Source: Nitratidesulfovibrio vulgaris str. Hildenborough (lineage in GTDB: Bacteria > Desulfobacterota > Desulfovibrionia > Desulfovibrionales > Desulfovibrionaceae). From it: 32,000 bases of DNA. The DNA lies in contig NC_002937.3 of assembly GCF_000195755.1 (NCBI RefSeq), forward strand, positions 60,001 to 92,000. The letters run 5' to 3'. This document shows positions 17,110 through 25,666 of this stretch, piece by piece. The notes below the pieces were generated by a model. The model saw nothing but the letters and a program-made list of their open reading frames with translations. It ran no database searches and had not been told where the DNA came from. Position numbers and translations under genes: made by a program. Within the stretch, counting starts at the first letter, position 1. Every line of letters starts with the position of its first letter.

Positions 17110-17907
17110 ATGCGACATGTGTCGCAGCTGCTGTGCCTTGCGCTATGCAGCTTCTTGTTCGTTCTTTCGGGCACCATCCCTGCCGGGGCCATGGTCCCGG
17201 TGCGGGAGGCCGGAGCGTTGACGGGGCAGCCTCGGATACCACAGGGGCATCATGCTGCCGTACTCCGCACCGTGTCGCCATCCGTCCTGTCCGTAGCGAG
17301 GGGTGACGATAGCGCATGGCAGTCGCTGGAGGTGCCCGGCACCGAACGTCAGGGCGACCTCGCGGGCGGGGTGTCCTATTACCTGACCTACGACGTGCTC
17401 ACGCCCGACGTCGCAAGTGACGTGTGGGCCGAACGCCCCGCAGCGCCCGCCCTGACCGTGGATGCCGGGGTCGTGGCGGCCTTCGGGCCGGACATGCGCC
17501 TGCAAGTGGGGGCCACGGCCCTGCTGGCACCCGTTGACGGTTCTGTGCTGCCTACCGCACTGTTGCACGTGGACTTCGGTGCGGACACGCTCACACTGGG
17601 CCTTCCGGAGAGTTCGTTCCGGCATGTGCTTGGCGACGGGCTTGCCCTTCGGCTATGCGCCAACCTGCGTTCCGGGTACGAGCCCGCATCCGCCAGCCCC
17701 ACGGTCGTTCCGCGTGCCGACCGCGTCGCCCCCGGCATCGCCGCGGCATGGCTGGACTGGGACGTGGGGCGGGGGCTGCTGCTGACACTGGGGGCGGAGT
17801 ACTTCTTCGCCACGGGTATGCCCCGGCTTGACGGGGCAGGAAGTCGTGCCCCAGCCGTCGATTCGGCAGGGGTCGGCGGGGTGCTTGGCGTACGACTGGT
17901 GTTCTGA
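17110..17907 (+). CDS. Putative outer-membrane beta-barrel protein, weak paralog of the preceding gene
   Basis: AAGGAGG Shine-Dalgarno 7 nt upstream of the ATG at 17110. Signal peptide ends in AGA. The C-terminus LTLGAEYFF...GGVLGVRLVF parallels TVTVGAEYYL...GGVLRVRYSF of the upstream protein. Confidence 0.5.
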   Translation: MRHVSQLLCLALCSFLFVLSGTIPAGAMVPVREAGALTGQPRIPQGHHAAVLRTVSPSVLSVARGDDSAWQSLEVPGTERQGDLAGGVSYYLTYDVLTPDVASDVWAERPAAPALTVDAGVVAAFGPDMRLQVGATALLAPVDGSVLPTALLHVDFGADTLTLGLPESSFRHVLGDGLALRLCANLRSGYEPASASPTVVPRADRVAPGIAAAWLDWDVGRGLLLTLGAEYFFATGMPRLDGAGSRAPAVDSAGVGGVLGVRLVF

Positions 17908-18121
17908 CGGCACTGCGGGTATGCGGAGTCGCGTTCACGACCGGTCGTCCGGCGCGACCGGGCATGGCGTGCGCAGGTCTGACCGGCTGGACGAAGGCCG
18001 CATGAGCCCGTAAGACACCGACCACCTCAAGGGCACCGCACGGCCCGCAGATATCCGCCGCTGTGGCGGCGTGACCAGAAACACGGACGGCCGAGGCCGT
18101 CTCGCAACCGCAGGAGTCATC

Positions 18122-18691
18122 ATGCACGACGCACGTTTCGTGGAAAGGATGCTGGATGTCATCGAGCAGGACATCGTTCCCCTCACCGCCCACGGTGTCC
18201 GCATCGGCTGCAAGGTCTTCGGCGCGGCGGTGCTGCGGCGCGACGACCTCTCGCTGGTGCTGGCAGGCACCAACCATGAGGCCCTTTCCCCCCTGTGGCA
18301 TGGCGAGATATGGACGATACGCCAGTTCTACGAGATGCAGGGACACCCCGACCCGGCGGATTGCGTCTTCCTGTCCACGCATCAGCCGTGCTGCATGTGC
18401 GCCTCGGCGCTGGCGTGGTCGGGTTTCCGCGAGGTCTACTACCTCTTCGGGTACGAGCATACGGGCGAGGACTTCAACATCCCCCACGACCAGCGCATGA
18501 TACGCGAGATGTTCGGGTGCACCGAACCTGCGGCGGAGACGAGCTACACCACCAGCCGTTCGCTGGTGCAGATGATGGACGCCTTGCCGGAAGCCGCCTC
18601 GTTGCGAGCCCGGTTCGAACGTGTGCGGGCCACCTATGCCGCACTCTCCGACACCTATCAGCGGGGCGAGAAGCGCATGGTGCTGAAATAG
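18122..18691 (+). CDS. Cytidine/deoxycytidylate-deaminase-fold (CDA) zinc deaminase, guanine/nucleoside deaminase-like
   Basis: Zinc and catalytic motifs are WHGE (the H-x-E motif) and PCCMCASAL (the PCxxC motif). The CKVFGAAVL motif resembles the substrate loop of small guanine/cytosine deaminases. The protein is 189 aa. Confidence 0.75.
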   Translation: MHDARFVERMLDVIEQDIVPLTAHGVRIGCKVFGAAVLRRDDLSLVLAGTNHEALSPLWHGEIWTIRQFYEMQGHPDPADCVFLSTHQPCCMCASALAWSGFREVYYLFGYEHTGEDFNIPHDQRMIREMFGCTEPAAETSYTTSRSLVQMMDALPEAASLRARFERVRATYAALSDTYQRGEKRMVLK

Positions 18692-18861
18692 GGACAAAGG
18701 AAGCCCGACGCCGTTGGCACCGTGAGAACCGTGGACGAAGTTGCGCCGTCGGTGCACGTGCGCAAGAGAACTCGTCTCCGCATCTTCCATGAAGAGCGGC
18801 AGGTTACGGCAACTGCGCCGGGATGCACGCGGCCTTTCGGCCAGGCCTTGCGGATTGAGAG

Positions 18862-18999
18862 TCAGCAAGCCGTGCCGTGGTCGAAGTATATGGCTACGGC
18901 AGCACCGACGCCTGAGACGAGAAGTACGGCAAGGAATGTCGAGAGAACGGGGGCGTCGGTGAGAAGCAGCCCGGAGAGGGTGTAGAGACCTTCCAGCAT
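18862..18999 (-). CDS. Hypothetical 45-aa hydrophobic peptide (MLEGLYTLSGLLLTDAPVLSTFLAVLLVSGVGAAVAIYFDHGTAC)
   Basis: GGAGGA Shine-Dalgarno 4 nt upstream of the ATG. One predicted TM-like stretch. Third-position GC is only moderately elevated by my hand count. No family recognised. Confidence 0.3.
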   Translation of the reverse strand: MLEGLYTLSGLLLTDAPVLSTFLAVLLVSGVGAAVAIYFDHGTAC

Positions 19000-19041
19000 G
19001 GTGTCCTCCAGCGGTCCCCTTGTCGCCTTATGGCATGGGCG

Positions 19042-19056
19042 GCATGCCCTGTGCCA
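19042..19056 (-). promoter_or_regulatory. Sigma54-type (-24/-12) promoter candidate upstream of the 45-aa ORF
   Basis: The minus strand reads TGGCAC-AGGGC-ATGC, against the consensus TGGCAC-N5-TTGC. It lies ~45 nt upstream of the ATG at 18999. Confidence 0.3.
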
Positions 19057-19546
19057 CCTTTCGGCCCCCTCCCTGTTTGGTTCTTTGCCCGTGTCGGGGC
19101 CTTGGCGACCATGATGCCGTGCGGGCGTCTGGCTGGTGACGGGGCGTGGGCATCCGCGGGATTCCGGCATCCGGCGAGGTCATCCTGTCCCATCGGAAAC
19201 GTGGCGCTCGGTCGGGCCTTTCGAGGGGTACCGCATATACACCATGAGCATCGCCTGTCGCAAACACGTGGCGACTGCGTGAACATTGCGTGACGGTGTG
19301 TCGATCTTCCGGGCCGCTGCCACGGCGCAGCCGCATACGGCACGCTGCGGATGTATCACCCGTGTTCGCCCGGACGTCGCTCACGCCTCTACGTCGTTTT
19401 CTTCCTGACTTCCGATTCGTTCCCTGCTTCAAACCTCGGGGGCCGCGTCTGACAATCTTCCCGCACTGGCGGTCGGCCTGTGCGTCGTGGCATCCGGGCC
19501 GGCTGCATACCGGCGGCCTTTTCAGGGCATGGGCAACACCCGGCCT

Positions 19547-21082
19547 TCAATCGATGCCCTTTCGCACCAGCGGCATGATACGGTCGAGTACGGCCTGTGC
19601 CAGCGTCGTCCGCAGCCCTGTCCCTTCTGCGATGCCGTGCCTGTCGGGCCTTCCGGAGGTCTCGGGCGTGTCGGGGGTGTTACCCCACGTCTCAGTCGGT
19701 GCCCCGGTCGTACAGGGGAGAGGTGCGTCCTCGAACGTGTAGCGCACCCGCAGGTGTGGGCGCGTCATGACGATGAGCCTTGCGAGGTCGACAGGCGTAC
19801 CCGAAAGGACGAGGTCGCAGGGTGTGGCGGAGATGGTGTCGGCAAGGTCGCGCACCTGTTCCGGCGAATAGCCCATGGCGGGCAGGGCCCGGTCGAGGTG
19901 CGGATAGGCTTCGCGGGTGGCCCGTAGCGACGGTGCGGCATGGGGCCACGGGTCGACGGTCTGTGCTGCGCCGAAGACGCGTGCGGCCACGCTGGCGGCC
20001 CCGAAGGGCATGCCGCCATGGGTGAGGGTGGGGCCGTCCTCCACCACAAGGACGCGTTTGCCAGCGATGGCGTCGGGGGTGTCGACCGTCACGCGTGAGG
20101 CCCCTCCAAGCAGCAGGGCGCCGGGATTGGCGGCGGCTGCGTTGACGCAGACGCGGGCCACCTGTTCAGGTCTGGCATCGTCGGCCTTGTTCACCACCAC
20201 GATGTGCGCCATGCGCAGGTTGGTCTCGCCCGGATGGTAGCCGACCTCATGACCGGGGCGCAGCGCGTCGCACAGGGTGATGTGCACGTCGGGCCGGAAG
20301 AATGGCGTGTCGTTGTTGCCGCCGTCCCAGATGATGACATCGGCCTCGGCTTCGGCTTGGGCGAGGATGCGTTCGTAGTCCACCCCGGCGTAGACCACCA
20401 GTCCGGCTTCGACGAGATGTTCATACTCTTCGCGTTCCTCGATGGTGCAGCGTGCGTCGTCCATGTCCTGTACGGAGGCGAAACGCTGCACCGCCTGCGC
20501 AGCGAGGTCGCCGTAGGGCATGGGATGCCGTACCACCACCACACGCAACCCCTCGTGCCGCAACGTGTCGGCCACGTGGCGCGTCACGGGCGACTTGCCG
20601 CACCCCGTGCGCACCGCGCACACGGCCACGACGGGCCGATGGGCGACCAGCATGGTGCGCGAGGGCGAGACCAGCGTGAAGTCGGCACCGCAGGCCAGCG
20701 CACGCGAAGCCTTGTGCATGACCTCCTCGTGGGAGACGTCGCTGTAGGCGAAGACCACTTCGTCGAGACGCACGCCGAGACAATAGGTGGAAAGTTCCTC
20801 TTCGGCGATGACGGGGATGCCCTCGGGGTAGGCGGGGCCCGCAAGCACCGCGGGGTAGTTGCGGCCCGCGATGTCGGGTATCTGCGCGGCTGTGAAGGCC
20901 AGCACCCTCACTTCGGGCGCGTGCCGGTAGAGCATGTTGAAATTGTGGAAGTCGCGCCCTGCCGCCCCCATGATGACCACGTTGCGCGGGCCCTCTTGGT
21001 GCCGGTCTCTACCGTGCAGGTCGGTAGCGCCTGGGGATTCCGGGGGTGTCGGCCTGCCGGTGACAATCGCAGCGTCCTTCAT
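19547..21082 (-). CDS. P-loop GTPase of the COG2403 type (a family sometimes annotated cyclic 2,3-diphosphoglycerate synthetase-like)
   Basis: N-terminal VVIMGAAGRDFHNFN. P-loop-like RTGCGKS. G3-like IIWDGGNND. G4 motif VVVNKADD (NKxD). AAGGAGA Shine-Dalgarno before the ATG at 21082. Family assignment is from memory of this motif set. Confidence 0.7.
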   Translation of the reverse strand: MKDAAIVTGRPTPPESPGATDLHGRDRHQEGPRNVVIMGAAGRDFHNFNMLYRHAPEVRVLAFTAAQIPDIAGRNYPAVLAGPAYPEGIPVIAEEELSTYCLGVRLDEVVFAYSDVSHEEVMHKASRALACGADFTLVSPSRTMLVAHRPVVAVCAVRTGCGKSPVTRHVADTLRHEGLRVVVVRHPMPYGDLAAQAVQRFASVQDMDDARCTIEEREEYEHLVEAGLVVYAGVDYERILAQAEAEADVIIWDGGNNDTPFFRPDVHITLCDALRPGHEVGYHPGETNLRMAHIVVVNKADDARPEQVARVCVNAAAANPGALLLGGASRVTVDTPDAIAGKRVLVVEDGPTLTHGGMPFGAASVAARVFGAAQTVDPWPHAAPSLRATREAYPHLDRALPAMGYSPEQVRDLADTISATPCDLVLSGTPVDLARLIVMTRPHLRVRYTFEDAPLPCTTGAPTETWGNTPDTPETSGRPDRHGIAEGTGLRTTLAQAVLDRIMPLVRKGID

Positions 21083-21262
21083 CAGCGTCTCCTTTCCGTT
21101 GCAATCGGCACACACGGGTGGAGTCCACGGGGGCTTCCCTGTGTGGACAGCCGCGAGCGAGGCGACGTCGCATCCAGTGCCGGGGGGCGACCGGTTGCGA
21201 GGCGGGCGTTGTCGCTACGGGGGCGAAGTGCCGCCCCCGGTGTCACATCGCGGCGAGGCCTG

Positions 21263-24200
21263 TCACGCGGGGGCCATGCGCCCCGACTCCACGGTGAAAC
21301 TCTGCGCTTCGGGAACGGTATCCAGTAGCAAGGATACCGTATGCGGATGACATGTAAAGAACAGTATCTGATGTCCCGGCCCCGTGGCGTCGCCCCGTGC
21401 CAGCGTCGCCAGCGCGCGGGCGGTGCGGGCGGCACGGGCGGGGTCGAAGTTGACGAGGATGTCGTCCATGACCACGGGCAGGGGTTCTGCATGGGCGGCG
21501 TGGCTGCGGATGTAGGCCAGCCGCAGGGCGAGGTAGAGTTGTTCCTGCGTGCCCCGTGAGAGGGCCTCGGGCGCGATGGCTTCGCCGTGCGGTGGCGTGA
21601 CGTGCAGGCTGTTGTCCTCCAGCGACGCGGCGATGCCCGTCCATGCCCCGTCGGTGATGGTCGCGAAGATGGCCGAGGCATCGCGGATGACCTGCGGCTG
21701 CCGCTCCTGTTCGAAACGTCGTTTTGCGTTCACGAGAAAGTGCCGTGCCAGTGCATGTCGTGCCCACACGAGGCCGTTCTGGCGGATGGTCTCGAGGAGG
21801 GACGCCTCCTGCCTGCGAAGGGCAGCGAGGGTGTCCGCCGTGGCCAGCGCGTTCATGCTGGCGCGGAGTGTGGCGGCCTCATCCATGGATTCGGATTCGC
21901 GGGCGCGCAGGTGTTCGCGTTCTGCCCGCAGGGTGGCGATATCCTCTTCGAGGGTGGCGAGGTCGGTGGCGGCAAGGGCCGTACGCAGGGCCTCAAGAGG
22001 TTCGTCTCCCGCGGCGACGGCGAGGGCGTTGTGCCGTTCGGCCAGCTGGCGTAGCAGGTCGTTACGCGTCTCCCATGCGGCGGCGCGGTGCCGGAAGGTC
22101 TCCGTATCCCGGGCGGCGCCCTCGGCAAGCAGGGCTTCGATGGCGGCGCGGGTGGTGGTGAGGGCCGTGGTGGCGCTCTCAAGTTCTTCGACCAGCACGG
22201 CGCGTTCGTTGAGAAGACGGTCGCGGCGTTCCTGCTGTGCGTGTGCCTCGTGCGCGGCCCGAGAGAGCGCATCGAGGGTCGCCAGCCAGTCGATGGCGGT
22301 CCCCATGTCCGTTTCGGAGGGGCGTGCAGCGGTCGGGAGGGAGGCGGGCGCGTGTTGGCCGGCTGTGCCGCCCTCGCCAGCGGCAAGGGCGGCGGTGAGC
22401 GTTCCCGGGGTGCGTCCCAGACGGGCGCAGAGGGCGGCAAGCGGTACGACGAGGGCGTCGCGTTCGGTCTCGCGCTGGCGGATGTCGGCGAGGAGGCGTT
22501 GCCCCCGGTCGTCAAGGGTTATGCACTCTTCGGCGATGGAGAGGGCATCACGGGCGGTGGCGGGCGTGAGGCTGGCATCGAGTCCCTGTGCCGCAAGCAG
22601 GTCACGCCATGCGTCCTGCGTGCTGGCGGTGCGGTGTGCGGCTTCGCGTAGCACCTTCTCCGCGGCGGTCTGCGCCGCGCGGCATCGTTCGAGACGCTGG
22701 CGTGCGGTGGCGAGGGCCGCCTCCGCCTGTCGGCGTTCCTGCCAGAGGCGTGCGGCGTCGCGCTGTGCCGCGAGGTATGAGCGCACCATCTCTGCAAGGG
22801 CGGCCCCTTCCGGCAACGACAGGGTGGCGAGGTCGGGCACGGTGGCGGCTTCCGTCGCCAGCGCGGCGACATGCGCCTCCAGTGCGGCGACGGTACGTGC
22901 CGCATCGGCCTCGCGGTCTGTCAGGGCGCGTAGTGTGGCGGCCCGTTCCATCAGGGGGGGCACGGCTTGCAGTTGCAGGCCGGGGGCGATGGCGGCAAGG
23001 GCCGCTTCGAGTGCGGCGCACGCCTTTGCGTGGTGGCGTGTTGCCTCTTCGGCGTGTTGCCGCGCTGTATCGTCACGCATGGCGACACGGTTCGTCTCCG
23101 AAGAACAGGTCTCGCATTCTTCGAGGTGACGGCGCAGCGTGGCGAGGGCGTCGCGCCAGCGTTCGATGCGTGCGGCGGCCCGTTCGAGCGCGGCGTCGTC
23201 GGCACCCTCGGCCCCAACTTGCGCTGTGAGTACGCCGACCTCGTCCGTGAGGCGGGCGCAGGTGGTGTGCAGGGTGTCGCGGCGTGCGGCAAGGCGGGTC
23301 GTCTCGGCGGTGTGGGCCGCCAGACCGGGGGCCTTGCGGGGCCATGTGGCTGCGGTGAAGCCCAATCCCGCGACGGCGAGGGCCGTGCCCAGCGGAGACG
23401 CCACCGTGATGCCGCCAAGGAGTGCCAGCAGGGATGCAGTGGCAGGCAGGGCCGCGACGGCGGGAAGAAGCGTTGCCAGAAGACCGACACCGCAGACGCA
23501 CAGGGCGGCACCGAGGCCCGCCAGCGTGGAGTTGCCACGCCCCGCAGGCGTGGCCGCGTTGTGCGCGGCAAGGCGTTCTTCGATGCCGTCGAGGGTGTTG
23601 CGTTCAGTGCGCAGGTCGGCGGCGACGCGCGAGAGACGCCGCAGGGCCGCTGCCCTGGTCTCTATGGCGGACGCGAGGGGGGTGATGTCGGCCAGACGCG
23701 ATGCGCGCTGTCCCGATGTGCGAAGCCCTGACGTGTCTTGCGCAGAGTTGCCGACGTTTGACGTCATCCGGCCCGGTACGTCATGGGCGTTGCCGTGCGT
23801 GAGTCCGCCCGGTAGGGCGTCCCCGGTCGCGTCTCCGGTCGCGTCCGCGCTGCCGTGATGAGGGGGGGCGTTGCCGAAGACCTCGCAGGTGAGGGCGTCA
23901 TGCGCTGCAATGGCACGGCGCTGTGCCTCGCCCAATCTTTCGCGTGCCGTGGCAAGGTCTGTGGTCGTCTGAACAGCCTCGCGCCGTGCGGCTTCAGCCG
24001 CGTCGCGCGAGGTGGACACCGCATGGTCGAGGGCCAGCAGGTCTTCACGTGCGGTCAATAGCCGTGCTGCCAGCTGTGTGGCCCCCGGCGCTGCCCCAAG
24101 GGCAGCCCCTTGTGTCTCCTGTGCGTCAGGGCGGTCTGCGGCCCCGTCTGTCGTGCCGGACGCCATTGCCGTAGCGTCCGCGGCGTCACCGTCATGGTGC

Positions 24201-25666
24201 GGAGTGGTGAACGCGGCGGGCAAGAGCCCCTTGAGGGCGTCGCGTGTGGCCTCGCGGGCCGAGGAGAGGGCATGGCGGGCCTGAGGCAGGTCGCCGAGTG
24301 CCCCTGCGGCCCTGTCCAGCCGTGTGGCGAGGCGTTCGGCGGCTTCGGGGGAGAGAGGGGTGACCTTCGCGGCGGGCATGGCGTCCAGCGCGGTCTGCGC
24401 CAGTGCCACATCCTGCGCTGTACTGTCATGCTCGCGCTGGCAGCGGGCCAACTCGTCCGCGGCGCGTTGTTCGTCGCTGGCGGCGTCGAGAAGGGCCTTC
24501 TCGTGTCCGGCGATGCGTTCGCGGGCGAAGAGCGAGCGGTCGAGGGCGCGGGCGCGTTCCACAGTCCAGTCGGGGCCGAGGGCGGCGAGTCTGGTCGCCA
24601 GCATCTCACGGGCATGCGCGAGGTCTGCGGCGAGACCGGGCAGGGCCCCCATGGCGTTGCGGCAGCTGGCCTTGCGTTCGGTGAGCGTGTCGATGTCGGG
24701 CAGCACCGCAAGCAGTGCGGTGTCGGGGCGCAGGCCTTCAAGAGCCTCGTCGAGCCGTTGCTGCCGGGTGCGCAGATTCGTTTCGGTCAGCGCACGTTCT
24801 TCTGCCCGTTCCAGCAGTTCTTCGAGGCGGCGCACCCCATCGGCCGGAAAGGCGGTGACCACGGGGGAGAGGGCGTCGAGTTGGCCTTCGAGGCGCACGC
24901 TCTCCTCCCAGTGCTGCCACGCGGTGATGCGTCGCGCAAGGCGCGCCGTGTCGTCCTCGATGCTGCTGCGACGTTGCCGCAGGTCGGCCAGTTCCGTTTC
25001 GAGAAGGGCCAGCCGTTCCGCCGTGCGCTGATAGGTGGCGGCGTCGCTCTCGTGGTTGCGGAGGGTGTCGCGCACCTGCTTCAGGCGGGCCAACAACTGG
25101 TTGATGACAGGCTTCTGTCCGCCGTTCTTGAACAGGTCGGCCAGTTGCCCGTCGAGTTGCTTCAGGGCCTCGCCCGGCGGGCGCACGCCCATGCCGAAGC
25201 TCGCGCCGTACAGGGCGTTGCGCACCCCCTCGGCGTTGAGACTCTGGAAGCTCTGCAGTTCGTCGAGGCTGAAGCCGTAGACGTTGCGGTACACTTCGCG
25301 GGTGACCCCGGCGAAGAGGCGTTCGGCCAGCATGGCGTCCAGAGGTGCGCCCTCCGCGTCGGCGAGCGAGAGTTGCCCGCCGTTGCCGCCCGGTTTGCGG
25401 GTGAGCCGCACGCGACCGGCAAGCCCCGTCTCCAGCAGCAGGCTGCCGCCCCCCGCCCCTCCGTTGAGGGGTGCCCCGGAGCGTTGCTTGCCCTCGCGGG
25501 AGCGCCCGTCGGGGTAGCCTGCCAGCATGGCGCGAAAAAAGTCGAGGCAGGTCGACTTGCCGGCCTCGTTTCTGCCGAGGAACACGGAAAGCCCCGGCGT
25601 GAGGTCGGGCAGGGCCTGGGGGGGAAGGATGCCGAAGCCGTCGATATGGCCGTTGACGATGCGCAT
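21263..25666 (-). CDS. Rad50/SbcC-like AAA ATPase of the YhaN (SbcE) type, 1467 aa, with long coiled coils and a central hydrophobic segment
   Basis: Walker A is FLGRNEAGKST near the N-terminus. The signature-like LSRGTQEQLYLALRLA and Walker B PVVMDDILVNFD lie near the C-terminus. The interior is Ala/Arg/Glu/Leu-rich. The start ATG overlaps the stop of the upstream phosphoesterase gene as ATGA. Confidence 0.85.
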   Translation of the reverse strand: MRIVNGHIDGFGILPPQALPDLTPGLSVFLGRNEAGKSTCLDFFRAMLAGYPDGRSREGKQRSGAPLNGGAGGGSLLLETGLAGRVRLTRKPGGNGGQLSLADAEGAPLDAMLAERLFAGVTREVYRNVYGFSLDELQSFQSLNAEGVRNALYGASFGMGVRPPGEALKQLDGQLADLFKNGGQKPVINQLLARLKQVRDTLRNHESDAATYQRTAERLALLETELADLRQRRSSIEDDTARLARRITAWQHWEESVRLEGQLDALSPVVTAFPADGVRRLEELLERAEERALTETNLRTRQQRLDEALEGLRPDTALLAVLPDIDTLTERKASCRNAMGALPGLAADLAHAREMLATRLAALGPDWTVERARALDRSLFARERIAGHEKALLDAASDEQRAADELARCQREHDSTAQDVALAQTALDAMPAAKVTPLSPEAAERLATRLDRAAGALGDLPQARHALSSAREATRDALKGLLPAAFTTPHHDGDAADATAMASGTTDGAADRPDAQETQGAALGAAPGATQLAARLLTAREDLLALDHAVSTSRDAAEAARREAVQTTTDLATARERLGEAQRRAIAAHDALTCEVFGNAPPHHGSADATGDATGDALPGGLTHGNAHDVPGRMTSNVGNSAQDTSGLRTSGQRASRLADITPLASAIETRAAALRRLSRVAADLRTERNTLDGIEERLAAHNAATPAGRGNSTLAGLGAALCVCGVGLLATLLPAVAALPATASLLALLGGITVASPLGTALAVAGLGFTAATWPRKAPGLAAHTAETTRLAARRDTLHTTCARLTDEVGVLTAQVGAEGADDAALERAAARIERWRDALATLRRHLEECETCSSETNRVAMRDDTARQHAEEATRHHAKACAALEAALAAIAPGLQLQAVPPLMERAATLRALTDREADAARTVAALEAHVAALATEAATVPDLATLSLPEGAALAEMVRSYLAAQRDAARLWQERRQAEAALATARQRLERCRAAQTAAEKVLREAAHRTASTQDAWRDLLAAQGLDASLTPATARDALSIAEECITLDDRGQRLLADIRQRETERDALVVPLAALCARLGRTPGTLTAALAAGEGGTAGQHAPASLPTAARPSETDMGTAIDWLATLDALSRAAHEAHAQQERRDRLLNERAVLVEELESATTALTTTRAAIEALLAEGAARDTETFRHRAAAWETRNDLLRQLAERHNALAVAAGDEPLEALRTALAATDLATLEEDIATLRAEREHLRARESESMDEAATLRASMNALATADTLAALRRQEASLLETIRQNGLVWARHALARHFLVNAKRRFEQERQPQVIRDASAIFATITDGAWTGIAASLEDNSLHVTPPHGEAIAPEALSRGTQEQLYLALRLAYIRSHAAHAEPLPVVMDDILVNFDPARAARTARALATLARGDATGPGHQILFFTCHPHTVSLLLDTVPEAQSFTVESGRMAPA

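Noticed and set aside
17591-18868. A 425-aa minus-strand ORF covering the end of the second barrel gene, the spacer and the deaminase gene.
   Set aside because: It is Arg-rich junk. It overlaps a deaminase with intact catalytic motifs on the other strand and crosses an intergenic region.
22951-25623. Homopolymeric G7-G8 runs inside the large ATPase gene (for example near 22951, 23863 and 25616), considered as possible phase-variation tracts.
   Set aside because: By rough expectation, runs of this length should occur many times by chance at this GC content. They are not concentrated near a start codon, and there is no evidence of frame disruption.
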